A stretch of DNA of 61,509 nucleotides, filler included, from Globobulimina sp. (taxonomy: Eukaryota), in assembly GCA_003354225.1 (NCBI GenBank). It is 13 parts of 13 records of this genome, joined end to end, with 100 filler letters (N's around TTAATTAATTAA, not from the genome) between each part and the next. Parts side by side here need not be neighbours in the genome. Positions count along the whole stretch, not along the records: positions 23,717 to 28,357 come from PIVH01001039.1; positions 28,458 to 33,097 come from PIVH01001040.1; positions 33,198 to 37,835 come from PIVH01001041.1; 10 more parts are not named here. One strand, written 5' to 3'. The translations under genes and the position numbers were made by a program. Shown one piece after another: positions 23,836 through 36,100 of the stretch. Position 1 is the first letter of the stretch, and each line of letters begins with the position of its first letter. The notes beneath the pieces are model-generated. The model saw nothing but the letters and a program-made list of their open reading frames with translations, was not told the DNA's origin and ran no database searches.

Positions 23836-25039
23836 AAAAAAAAATACATTTATCGATTATCCAGTGGATGAATTGGATATTTCAGCATGTCGATATGATC
23901 GTATGTCAACAAAATATGATTTATTTGCAGTGGTATGTCATCATGGAAATGATATATTAGTATCTGCACATTATACTGCATTGGTAAGAAATGATGTTAA
24001 TGGAAACTGGTATAAAATAGACGATCAACAAAATGGTATTGGGATTCCGCAACAGGAAATTGTTGTAAATGATGCTTATATATTATTTTTTGCACAGAGA
24101 ACACCTAATAATGAGCAAAAAATTAATGGATTATCAAATAAAATAATGTCAATGATAACACCGTCCAATATCCCGCTGCCAAAATATAAACCATTAAAAA
24201 ATGCGTTAAATGTCATACAATCGAAGAAATATAAAACTATCCAAATAGCCAAAAATGCCCATTATAACAGATTGAATAAATCTATACAAACATGTAAAGA
24301 AACACCGTCCAATATCCCGCAACAATTTGAAAATCAGTACACAATCATTTCACGAATTGATAGTCAAACTATTAGTTTAGCCAGTTTGCTTATGGTTGTA
24401 GAAAACCGATGCTTAAATGATGAACAGATTAATTTTTGTTATAGATTATTACAGAAACAATGGCCGAGTGTGTTAGTACTTCCTTCATATTTTTATCGCA
24501 GATTGGCTTATAACGGAGGTACACATGATACATATAAATATGATAAGCTTACATTATGGCGATGGCATGGGATTTATGCGAAGGAATCTATATTTGATTA
24601 TGATGCAATAATACTTCCCATTTGTAATTGGAATAGTTTTTTGTGGTTTTTTGTGGTGATTGGAATTGCTGTTAACCGTGGACAAATACAGATCTTTGAT
24701 ACATTATGGGATGATCAAAAATATGATACTGTGTTTAACAATTTGAAACAATGGATGTATGATGAATGGATGTATAAAACTGCAAAGAATAAAAATATGT
24801 CAATGTCAATGCCGATAAACGATTGGACTTTAGTAACAAATAACAACTATCCACAACAAATGAATACGGATACTATTAACAGTGGCACTTTTACAATAAA
24901 AGGGGCTCAACATGTTGTTACAGGAAAACATCCTTCAAGCCTGGCGACAGATCGAGAACATTCTGAGCAATATAGATCTGAAATAATAGCATCGATACTT
25001 TACAATAATGATAGATCTAAATATTCGCAGCGACGCTAA
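23831..25039 (+). CDS. USP (peptidase C19) His-box fragment fused to a degenerate Ulp1/C48 protease domain
   Basis: 'YDLFAVVCHHG...AHYTALVR...WYKIDD...AYILFF', then 'LNDEQINF', 'PSYFY', 'IILPI..FLWFFVV', 'IFDTL', 'PQQMN...NSGTF'. Catalytic His and Cys of C48 are apparently replaced. Confidence 0.7.
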   Translation, partial: CQKKNTFIDYPVDELDISACRYDRMSTKYDLFAVVCHHGNDILVSAHYTALVRNDVNGNWYKIDDQQNGIGIPQQEIVVNDAYILFFAQRTPNNEQKINGLSNKIMSMITPSNIPLPKYKPLKNALNVIQSKKYKTIQIAKNAHYNRLNKSIQTCKETPSNIPQQFENQYTIISRIDSQTISLASLLMVVENRCLNDEQINFCYRLLQKQWPSVLVLPSYFYRRLAYNGGTHDTYKYDKLTLWRWHGIYAKESIFDYDAIILPICNWNSFLWFFVVIGIAVNRGQIQIFDTLWDDQKYDTVFNNLKQWMYDEWMYKTAKNKNMSMSMPINDWTLVTNNNYPQQMNTDTINSGTFTIKGAQHVVTGKHPSSLATDREHSEQYRSEIIASILYNNDRSKYSQRR

Positions 25040-25333
25040 TACTTTTTGTTTTTAATACTTTCTATTTAGTTTTATTAATATTTCTGTTTGCATTTATTTT
25101 TGTGTTTTTTCCTAAGGTTTTACATTTATGTTTCTTTTAATGAAAAACTTGCTACTCTTTTTCGTGAGTAGGTCAATGTCAATTGAGCGTCAACTAGCAA
25201 ATTCAACGGTTACAGTTATTGCATTATCGTATAGAGATTATGCCACTTTAAGGCACGAAATCGTTTTTACAATTGAAGGATTATAAAAGAAACATTATTA
25301 CAATTGAAAGATTGAGTCTGTATTAAAAGAAAA

Positions 25334-28271
25334 CTAATCTGTAATACGAACCATATTGCCACATTTACTACATTTTCTATATTCTGAATTTGTTGCTGAT
25401 TGAATAATGATTTTAGAGTTGCAACCCTGTTTGGGACATGTCCAAGTTGCTGCAGATTTAGATAATGTATGTTCATTTACTTTGCGCCTAATAAATTGCT
25501 TTTGTACAGCACGTGATTCATCAATCATCTCTTTGTTTATTGCATCTAATTTGTCAAATATGTGTGTTGATTGATTTCGAATTTTATTTAAACAGGAATC
25601 AAATATTTTTTTTTCAAATGGAAATGGTTTTTGAATTGCGACAAACATAGCATATTTAATAAATGAATACAATTTGCTATCATGTATATCGCTCCAATCC
25701 GTTGTCGATAACGCTATCATTGACAATATAAATAGAAAAGAAATATTTTCATAACGGTGAGTATGAAGTATATTATTTTGTTGACAATATTGAATTCCTG
25801 TCATTCCAGTACCAATATTACGATGTAGTAAACATGTGATTTTTTGTTTTTTTTGTGGTGGTTGTTGGAGAATATATTCTGTTTTTGCTAATGATACGTA
25901 TGGTTTCTTTTTTGATGAATTGTTGGAAGTTGCACGAATGGATGATATCGAACGTACATTTTTATAGTGATTAAATGCTGCATTTCTAGCTAATATTATC
26001 GGTGTTGAATTGCTGTTATTATTTGCGCGAGTTAAAGGACCAACAATCAAACTTGGGTCAGATCCATAATAACTGTTAAATATCAAAATAGGACGATGTA
26101 AAACGTCGGACGTTATAAAAGGTAACAGATCAAAAAGCTGTGTATTACAAAAACCATTGGCACCGTTAGCGTTGATAAATGCTAAATAATCATGATTATA
26201 TTGGTCTGGTGGTCCATACAATTGAGAATAAATTTTCTGATAGTTGACAGACTCTTGATTATCGGGATTGAGTATTTGGATCAACTGTTCATATAAGTGT
26301 TTGCCATCACGGTTTGAATCGTTATAATAAGCTCTCTCAGCAGCTATTAAAAAGCAATATCCTTGTGCAGGTACAGAAATATCAGAAAGAGCTAAATCAT
26401 GGATTTGAAGAGATTCTGTTAGAAATTGTGAATGTACATCTAATTCATATTGCGACGGTGGTACGGATATTTCTGGAAACTGACATCTATATTTTGTGAT
26501 CCATTGATACTTAATCTCTGTTATTGAATATAAAAAAATCTTTTAACGGTGTAACAATACATGCGTGAGATACAAATTAATTGCAAGTCGAATTGTTGTA
26601 GTGGCATATGTTGAAATATCTGGAATTGAACTAATTGAAGGAATAGAACTGTGATAATTATCGTTAGGTGAAAGATGCCATAATGAAGGAATCGCAGGGA
26701 TATTTTTCGGATTGATTTGATTCAACGTAACTTTATTGGAATATTCTGCATACGATTCTATCCGCCCATTTCTGCCAAATGAACACATCCATGATGTAAT
26801 CAATGCATTGCCCAACGGAGGACTCATATTTGTAATATGCCTAAAATCACCGTTTAAATGTGAATGAACTCCTTCATTCGAACTCGTGGTTTCATACGAA
26901 GGAATATTTGACAGGCATCCAGCACGAATATGTATTTTCAAATTAGTGCGTTCTGTGTTATATGTTGTACCTGATTTAATTGCGTGTGGTTTGATAAGCA
27001 CACCATCTGTTTTATGTTCCCGTGTACTCCATTTTAGATGCCAAGAGTCAAAATTAGATAAAATAACTACTGGTGTTTCTGTAGTTTTGGTGTGTTTGGT
27101 CCCATCAACATAAAAAATCGCAGAAAATTCAGCAACAGCCATTCGAAAAAAACCGTGTTTTTTACTTAAACATTGAGTAACTCGTTTAATGGCGTGCCAA
27201 AGGTCGAGTCTATCACATTTTATTTAGAATAATATATTGAAAGGAATTTGTATAGACAATAAAAATAAAATAAAAAAAAGGACGTAACTTTATTTGTGCA
27301 TCAGGATGAACAGAATGTAAAAAACGAGCGTCTTGACAGCACCGATCGGATATAATCATACGAACAGTTTTGGTTGCTTCTATATGTATATGTAAATCTC
27401 TGCAATTTTCCATATGATTGGAGTTTACAAATCTGAACAATAATGGTTTTTTATTACTAATTATAATGTAATATGCAGATGGTAATTTTACTTTTTTATT
27501 ATCAATGGTCAGTCTGACTTTATCTGCAGTCTTAAATGTATGATCGATCCCAATGATTCCATTATGATTAGCAACATTTGAATGTATTAAATATTCGTAA
27601 TATGGAAGTCTTAATTGAAAACGATCAATATATAAATTTTTGAAATATGATCTATGTGTTTCTATATGTGGCGTATGTGGAAATAGTTTAGTTTTGAGTT
27701 TACGATATTGCATCCATTGAATATATTGTGTATGGCGTTTGTGGTATGCTTCTTCATGGTTAGCTATTATTATTTTGTCAAATGAACTGATTCCTAATCC
27801 TTTGTTCAAACACCGATCTAATGTGTCTAGTACCTCGTTATGTATGGAACATCGATATGTAATCGTAGCAGGAAATGCATCACGGAAATATGGCGGCAAT
27901 GATTGTAAATACTGAGCATCTATGGCTGACACTGATATCTGGCATGATGGACACTGATATCTGAAACTGATTAATTGCAATGGTCCAGATAAATGTAGTA
28001 TGTTTCTGATCATTTTTCGTTTCCCAGATAATGCGCGATTGCAGTGTGTACAATGTGGAGGATTTATTTTAAACTGATGAATCGGGTCCCATATAATTAC
28101 ATTTGGTAGACAAAAGTGATCAGCCTCTGGATCGTCAGCACATTTGAATGCGGGAAATGCGCTCGAAATAAGTGCTATTGATGGTTGTAAAACAGTTGGA
28201 GGATATGCATTTTCTCTGTGATTATCGAGAATGTACGATATCCATTTATCCTCGAATTTATTTACAAACAT
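25334..28271 (-). mobile_element. Zisupton/KDZ-like DDE transposase with C-terminal OTU-like domain and Zn ribbon; intron 27210-27288
   Basis: 'IWDP...C..C...R.I...RYQCPSC...LQSLP...FPA.ITYR', 'IDHTFK', 'ISDRCC', spliced 'KLDLWHAIKR', and 'TSSNEGVHSHLN'. In the same frame past TAA 26543-26545: 'VPAQGYCFLIA...DLLPF..SDVL.RPILIF...NHY'. Confidence 0.7.
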
Positions 28272-28457
28272 TGCAGAAAATTATATTATTTTGATTATAA
28301 GATACATCATACGTCATACGTTAAAAAAAAAATAGGCAGAATTATGAAAAATAGGTANNNNNNNNNNNNNNNNNNNNNNNNNNNNNNNNNNNNNNNNNNN
28401 NTTAATTAATTAANNNNNNNNNNNNNNNNNNNNNNNNNNNNNNNNNNNNNNNNNNNN

Positions 28458-29338
28458 TCTTTGTAATATTTGGAACACATTGGTGAGTCCACGATGGATC
28501 TGTTTCAACCCATGAACCACACAAAAATATATCAAACATAATTTGCTGTTCAATAAAATGTTTTGCTGAACAATATGTACCATTATCAAATGTAAAATAA
28601 GCATACGGTATTTTCCAAGTATTTGGATCCGGAGTTTTGTCAATTATATCAATCGGAACTTGACTATTCATCCAAAACCACATTCTTATCCCAATATTTT
28701 CATTTAATTCCATGACAAATATACCTCCACCATTCTGATTAAACTTAGCACCAAATGTGTTGTCATCATTTGCTTTGATATCACAGCCTGGCTCTTGTGT
28801 ACAATTAAATGATGTCCACTCACCACTCATTGGATATGCGCTATTATAATTATTATTTGAAATATTGTAGACACAAACGCTTTCACCGTTTTCTTTCGGC
28901 ATTGTATGCAATGTGGAAGCATCATCATTCCACAGATTTATGCCTTCAATAACATCAATTTCGCCATTAAATGGAGAGCCAGAAATTCCTCCGTTACCGA
29001 GGAACCAATAAGCGGGCCATACTGCACAGCCAGATGGCATATGCGATGAATTGAATATAAATAATCCGCTTTTATAGCTATTATATGACGATATTTCAAT
29101 TGATGCTCTAGCAATTGAGTTATTTGATATACGTTGTTTGATACTCGATGACTTTAATTAATCCCATTGATACTGCTGCTGATTTATTCTGAAAATCAGT
29201 AAACGTATCCAACTGTCTGTATTTCGTAAAGTTGAATTTATTAATGAAATCGTCACCGACATAGGAGTCTTTGAGAGTATAACTAAAAACATGTGGATAT
29301 AACCAATAGATGGATATAACTAAAAACCTGTGGACCAT
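28458..29338 (-). CDS. GH16 beta-1,3-glucanase (Lam16-like), secreted; one frameshift near 29125; 3' truncated
   Basis: Signal peptide, 'HMPSGCAVWPAYW', catalytic 'GEIDVIEG', 'FNQNGGG.F', 'PDPNTW..P', 'FDIFLCGSW'. Confidence 0.85.
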
Positions 29339-29392
29339 GGTTTATGCTTCAAAAACCAAATGACTGTAAGAAAAAACAAATAGAAAAATCAG

Positions 29393-31177
29393 TTAAATGC
29401 GCGGAGTGACATCTATTGTTTTTTTGCCTCCACTCCCTCCATACGAATAAAACTTGGTTTTCGCATTTTTATATGCAGTCAGCAGTTGATCCAATTTAAA
29501 TTTTGTTTGAAACTCAATGGTTGGATATTGAGTTTCATTTAAATACAGTTCATTTTGCACCAGGTAATCAACAACAAACTTCCTAGAATTAGATAAAGTA
29601 TATGCATATAAAAAAGGAGCATCATTCGAGGCCAACTTTCCTTTTTGAACATAATATCTTTTATGAATAATAAAAGTATGATCATATATTTTTTGTAAAT
29701 ATAACACATCCGGATCACGATAACTTGAATTCGATAAATACCTATAATGTGCACCATAATTATGTTGTAACACAAACGGATAAATGTCATAATCATCAGT
29801 CAAACTGCTTAAATTTGTATCAATCCATGGTGTCCAAAACAGAGTGGAATTAATCATCATTGTACATTGTTCTTTATCTCCATTTAAAATATCATTTCCC
29901 CGACATCTTCTGAGGTCAAATATTTTCAAACAATTATCCAAACACATATGATCCACTGGACATATCTTACAATATTCGATACATTTAAAAAATAATAAAT
30001 ATTCCAATGGTTTTATATGCAAATAATACTCATTTATATATTTCATAAATTTATAATCATATTTAACTAAATATTGTAATATTGCATAATTCATAGCATC
30101 TTGATCATAAAATTGGAATCCAACCGATCTTCCTGCAAACCAATCATATAAAAAATGATTACTCCGATCATTTGGAGTCGAGCTAGTATTTATAAAAAAG
30201 GCAAAGTTTGAAAATACAAATGCTTGATTATGATCCATTGGTAAAATCAAAAAAATATCATTATTTAACTTGCTTGGAATTAAATTAAAATAATAATTGA
30301 TTGGAACCTTAAAATTACCAAAAAATGCATCATCATCCATCCATAAGATATAATTGAAATATTTGCTCCAATATAAAATGGATAATATTTTATTAAAATG
30401 TGTGGTGATCGAATATGAATATCGGAAAAAATATTTCCCATCATTTTTAGTGGAGAGATATTGCTTTTTTTTCCACCAATACGTATCTAATAAATTGGTA
30501 CAATCATATTTGTCACCGAGTATTGCTTGCCATATGGCATAAATATCATTTGTTTGACTTGTGAATGTCATTTTTGTTGCAATATTTAAATATGAAATGT
30601 AATCAAAAGTGTCTAAGATTAGAATGGTATCGTTTTTATGTAGTTTTGCATAAACTAATTTTGAATCATACGCGTATTTCATGGTGGAAGAACCATATTT
30701 TTCAAGCCAATATTTTAGTTGTTTACTGCCTGGATTATAAGCAGTTAATATTAACGATTTATGATTATTTTTTGAGCGAATTTCTTTTATATTTAATGAA
30801 TAATTCCATCCCATTTCTTGTTTATATATTTTATCATTTATTGTAGAAATCTGTTCATTTATATCGATCGTACTTAATTTGTGCAATAATTGTGTCAACG
30901 AAATATCTTTTGCTGTTGGAGATGGTGTTGTTGATATTTTATTATTTGCTATATTCTCCGTACTATTATTCATCTTTATATCCGAGGTTATATTTTGCAA
31001 CTGATTGTATTTAGATTTGATATCATTATTCATTCCGTTTTCTTGAAATAATTGTTGCATTCCGTTTTCTTGTAATAATGAGGTTGATATATACATCCAT
31101 ATATAAATTAAAATGCACCATGAAACAATCACCACAAGCAACACTATCTTTGTTGGAAATTTAGTAGTAAGTGCCAT
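29393..31177 (-). CDS. Type II membrane glycosyltransferase, GT34 (GMA12/MNN10)-like
   Basis: N-terminal TM plus stem, 'K..YAKLH', 'HFNKI', DxD motif 'ILWMDDDAFF' and 'YDQDAMN'. Confidence 0.7.
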   Translation of the reverse strand: MALTTKFPTKIVLLVVIVSWCILIYIWMYISTSLLQENGMQQLFQENGMNNDIKSKYNQLQNITSDIKMNNSTENIANNKISTTPSPTAKDISLTQLLHKLSTIDINEQISTINDKIYKQEMGWNYSLNIKEIRSKNNHKSLILTAYNPGSKQLKYWLEKYGSSTMKYAYDSKLVYAKLHKNDTILILDTFDYISYLNIATKMTFTSQTNDIYAIWQAILGDKYDCTNLLDTYWWKKKQYLSTKNDGKYFFRYSYSITTHFNKILSILYWSKYFNYILWMDDDAFFGNFKVPINYYFNLIPSKLNNDIFLILPMDHNQAFVFSNFAFFINTSSTPNDRSNHFLYDWFAGRSVGFQFYDQDAMNYAILQYLVKYDYKFMKYINEYYLHIKPLEYLLFFKCIEYCKICPVDHMCLDNCLKIFDLRRCRGNDILNGDKEQCTMMINSTLFWTPWIDTNLSSLTDDYDIYPFVLQHNYGAHYRYLSNSSYRDPDVLYLQKIYDHTFIIHKRYYVQKGKLASNDAPFLYAYTLSNSRKFVVDYLVQNELYLNETQYPTIEFQTKFKLDQLLTAYKNAKTKFYSYGGSGGKKTIDVTPRI

Positions 31178-31223
31178 GATACACTCAAAAAAACTCTGAA
31201 GAATTATTGTTAGTCACTAGAAC

Positions 31224-33097
31224 ATGACTTCTTGGTTTAAGAAACGAGGTTCCGTACCTCAACTAGATCAATTCAATACATTCCCAAACAACCAACAACA
31301 ACAACAACAAGTACCCAATCCGTCAGCACCACCACATATTAACAACAGCAATAACAACACAAACACGAATCATCGGCAACGTGCCAGATCTGATTTCACT
31401 GGATCAGGAATAGCAAATTCAACATTCAATAATCTATCTCAATATCATTACCTTATTACCACCTTAATTTCATCCGAGTCATTCCATATCTTCTCCTCAT
31501 CGAATATACATGACATAAAAAAAGAAATCCTTCGCACTGTAGCTTATCAATCCGCGTTTGGTCCAGAAATAGAAAATCTTCATTGGGATTTATATTATGA
31601 CGACATACAATTAACCACAAACTCACAATTATATACCTTTATAAACCAACAATTAACACCAAATAATCAAACAATACATCTTAAGATCAAGCTCATTCGC
31701 GATGAAAAATATAATAGTATGTAAACACCAATTTGACTTTAGAAATTATTTACATTTTCGTTTGCTAAAATAAATAAAAAGATTACTTGGATAAACGTGC
31801 AGAAAATATACCGCAGCCTCCACAAATTGGTAAAATAACATACGGTGATTTCAGTTGTTGCGTACATATTGATTGTGGCTGGAAAGAACCGATCATAAAT
31901 GCTTACAATATTCAATATCAATTTATTTTAATGTCCTCTCTTTCGAACAGCGACACTGACACAGCACCAATATTTACCTGGGATAAGAACACAGAGATAA
32001 ACATAAGAGATATATGGCCGTGGTTGGCCTACAAATGCCGTGTTCGTTTAATCCATCATATATTTGATATAAAATCACTTTGGAGCGACTGGGTTGAAAA
32101 TATTACAGTTTCTCCCAAACCGTTGGATATAAATATGAATGATAATGACGTCGATGAAAAAAAACAAGCATATAACAGCGGTTATAATGTTGTATCTTTT
32201 TTTGAAGCAATGGACCATAATCAATTAACACAATGGACGCAATTTAAATTATTCGGTGATGTTTCGAATCCATTGTTAATATATGATGATGGCAAAGAAG
32301 CACACATTACAAAGACATTAAACGCCAAAATGTGGAGCACAAATGCCGAGAAACAGAGTGGTTTATTAAGTTTAGTTCAATTTGCAATATCGGAGAGCAT
32401 GTTAACTGGTAAAGAGTTTTTGTTGTATGATGTGGATCAATTTATAAACCAATTATTACCACAAGAATTAATGTCGTATACTGACGATGTTGTTGACGCA
32501 CAGCAAACCAAACCAAAATTGTCATATTATGCTTCCAATCCTGTCGTGTTAAATGCACAAAATCAACGATATTTAGATAAGAAAAAGAGTATAAAAGATG
32601 GAGGTTATGGCCGCGAAGATTACCTATCCATTGTATACCGCTTACGGGAGCTTGCTTTTGTAGAAGGAGATAACAGCCGATATTCGATGGGCATCCCCTG
32701 TTATAATCCATATTGTATCTTTGTATGGATGTATTTCTTAAAAATACCAAACAATGCATATGCTTTATACTGCAGAGATACACAAAGTTATGTGTGGTTG
32801 GAATATTTTTGTGCTGAACGTCATAATGAATGTCATTTGTTTCTGGCGAAATATTATGTTCGCAAAGCTGCAGAAGAAATGAATGTTGCGTTCGAATTGC
32901 ATGAAATGATTGGCATGGATTTTGTGGATGATTCTATTAAGTTAACACGGTCGAAACCAGTGCTTTTGAGTGGGGCTAAACATAAAGAAATTATTATGAT
33001 TCGTACCATGCATAAACAACATGTGATTACGCGATGTTATAATCAACAAAAAAAGAATGAGGAAATTATAACCAAATACAAAGCAATTGAAGACTGG
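31224..33097 (+). CDS. Hypothetical protein with ubiquitin-like and FN3-like segments; intron 31717-31781; 3' truncated
   Basis: In-frame GT..AG splice. FN3-like 'PQPP...W.EP....Y...YKCRVR......SLWSD' and a weak Ubl-like 'IHDIKKEI...LYYDDIQL'. Confidence 0.55.
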
Positions 33098-33197
33098 NNN
33101 NNNNNNNNNNNNNNNNNNNNNNNNNNNNNNNNNNNNNNNNNTTAATTAATTAANNNNNNNNNNNNNNNNNNNNNNNNNNNNNNNNNNNNNNNNNNNN

Positions 33198-36100
33198 CAA
33201 CCAACCTCAACATTGGCGCCCTCCACCAATCCATCGGCAATAACAACAAATCCCACATCAGCTCCTATACTTTCAGTGGTATTTATTCCTCACTCAATTT
33301 TATCGTTTTTCGTTTTTGATTGTTTACACTCGTATTTATATTTAGAACGTTGCCAATGTGGTTGCTTTGTTTTCCTGCTCATATTTGCAACTTTATATTG
33401 AAATCAACGATGTGTTAATCACAACACTTTCTCCATTGATGTTTACATGCTTGGATATATTCGATATGGCAACAAATAATTTGTTAAGTGACTCGATTTG
33501 CAGCTGGTCCAATAATCGCAGAATTACCATATCATTATCAGCAACATCCACTATTTCAACCAATAGCAATATGACCATCAAACCTGCGGTATTTGGATAT
33601 TCTAAACACAATGAATGGGTGGCAGCAAATGCGGCCATTCTTATCCCTGACATCCAAAGAGAATGCGACATCTCACCACAGATTAATGTTAATATGATAA
33701 GTACCGATGTTATTGGAATTTGTGATGACTTAATATTGGACGCAAGAGGAGCTATATCAAATTTAGCAGGACGAAATCCGGCGTCTATTTGGTGGGATGT
33801 TACAGTGAATGGAATAGCATCTTCTTTCAATAGGGACCATGTCTTGATACAACATAATGAAATTGATCCAGACAGCATTGTGTATTACTCATTACAGGTC
33901 AAAACATGGTATAATGAGTCAGCAGCCATTAATGCCACTATTACAAAATCGAGATTTGCCATTCTATCGATTGAGTTAATTGCACCGTCAATATTTGATG
34001 CTGATTCTAAGCAGATAGTGATTCAAAGCATGATAGCATCCATAGATTCGTGTTTAAATGATTCGAATGCTTTGTCATTGTTGTATTCATGGAATGTAAT
34101 CCACCAATCAAGTATTGCAGGATCAGGCACCTTTGACTATGAAAGGTTTGCCGAATTAGAAAGTTTTACTCATAGTAACTCGGATAAATCATTAGTTATT
34201 GATACGGATACATATCTACAGAAAGGCGCAGAGTATCAATTTATATTCAATGCGAATAATGAGTCCGAGTCAGCGGATATAAAATATGAATATTCGGCAA
34301 TAATATGCCAGATATCGGGTGGAAATAAAGTATATACATTGCCAATATCGTCGATACCAAGAAGCATGAGCTTGGATGGAGATTCGTGGAGTTATGATCC
34401 AGATAATAATGCATTGTCCTTTGAGTGGAATTGTCAGACGGATTGTTCTCATTTATTATCGTCATCGAGTTTGGCAGTTACATCCGTTGTGCTTAGCACT
34501 GAAACATTTGAAATTGGCAGCAGTTATATTTATGAGTTTGTACTAACTGTTTCTGATTCAAATGTAGTATCAAGAGCGTCGTGCACTGATTCCATCACAT
34601 TGCAACTGGATATCGTTGCTGATGATGATAATGACGGATTATTGGTTTCTTTGTCGGCCACAGCAACGGCCATTAATGTTGCAGATAAACTGAGACTAAT
34701 TGGCTTCGTGACATATTTAAATGGAACAGAGATGGGAAAGGATAACAATTTATTTTATGAATGGAGCACTGCCAACGAGTTATTGACAGTTTCTCAAATC
34801 CAAAGGTATCAAATAAATGAATATAACAAGAAATATTTAGTGCTGGATTCGAATGTATTGGCAATGGGCACAAACTATGAATTTATTTTAAGTGTTTATG
34901 ATAACTCATTTTTAGGAAGTTCGTCTATTAATATTTATGTCAAATCGAGGCCAATGATATTGGAAAATGGCTTTACTGTCCATCCAATTTGTAACAAAGA
35001 TTTCAATCATTTTAAAGAATCATTGTTTTACGCTTTTAATTTATATGCATTGGCGGATGGGGATTATCCTCCATTTTTGTATGCATTCCATATGTTATTA
35101 AATAGCGCACAAAATGCATATTATTTACATTCTTACCCTCAAACTGTGCCATATTTACACAATGTTATTTTACCCATTCGATGCAATTTGTCTTTGATTG
35201 CAAATGTCATCGATTCCGAACAATCAATGGACTCCGACTCAATCAATTGTTGTCTCAAAGTATTGACAAAGGAAAACGACTGTTTTTCGTATGAAAGAGA
35301 TATAATTAATGTGTATATTGCTGATAATTTGTTGCTAAGTCGGCATCATTTAAATCGATATGTATTACAAACCGCATTCAATGTATTAGATTATTTAGCA
35401 AATATTGAGAGTATTAATTGTAAATATAATCATTTTAAGGAGGTTGTAAATGTATTAGCTCTTTATTTTAGTGCTTTCGATAATTATTTATTTGTCATTC
35501 AACTATCTCAAACATTGTGTAAATGGCTAAGTGTTGGCATAGCAAATCCAGTTTTTTTAACAGATCTAATTGAAAACGAAGATGGTGACTATTTTGCAGT
35601 AATTTATCAGTTATTGAGAGAAGCATTGGATCCATGTCGGACTATCACAGATATTGTAGTAACAACGAGCGGTCTCTCTGTATCGTCAGAATCTGTTGTT
35701 ACTAATAAAATTATCGTATTGTATCGTAATGTGGATATTACCAATGATTTATCCATTTTATTGACAGATAGTGATTATTTTCATTTATTGTATGAATGCA
35801 TTAATGTTTTTGTCGAATATTTGGCAATTTATACCTCTCAAATTATGGAAAACGCACAGAGTGAGATTGCAATGGGTGAAGTTGTCATATTCTTAGACAA
35901 AGTGCTATATATTAGTGGTTTAGCCAGTATTTCGACTGCAATTCCCACCGAATACGCCAATATCACATTGGATAATTTTCAAATTTATACCGCAAGAAAT
36001 GAGACTTCGTCAATTGATGTCCATATAAATGATGTTGAAATTATGTTAGATTTGGAGGCTGATGCTGATAAATCCAAAGATTTAATAATTTTTGCAATAT

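Noticed and set aside
26543-26545. Alternative genetic code (TAA read as sense)
   Set aside because: Many intact genes end in TAA, TAG or TGA, and long ORFs have no internal stops.
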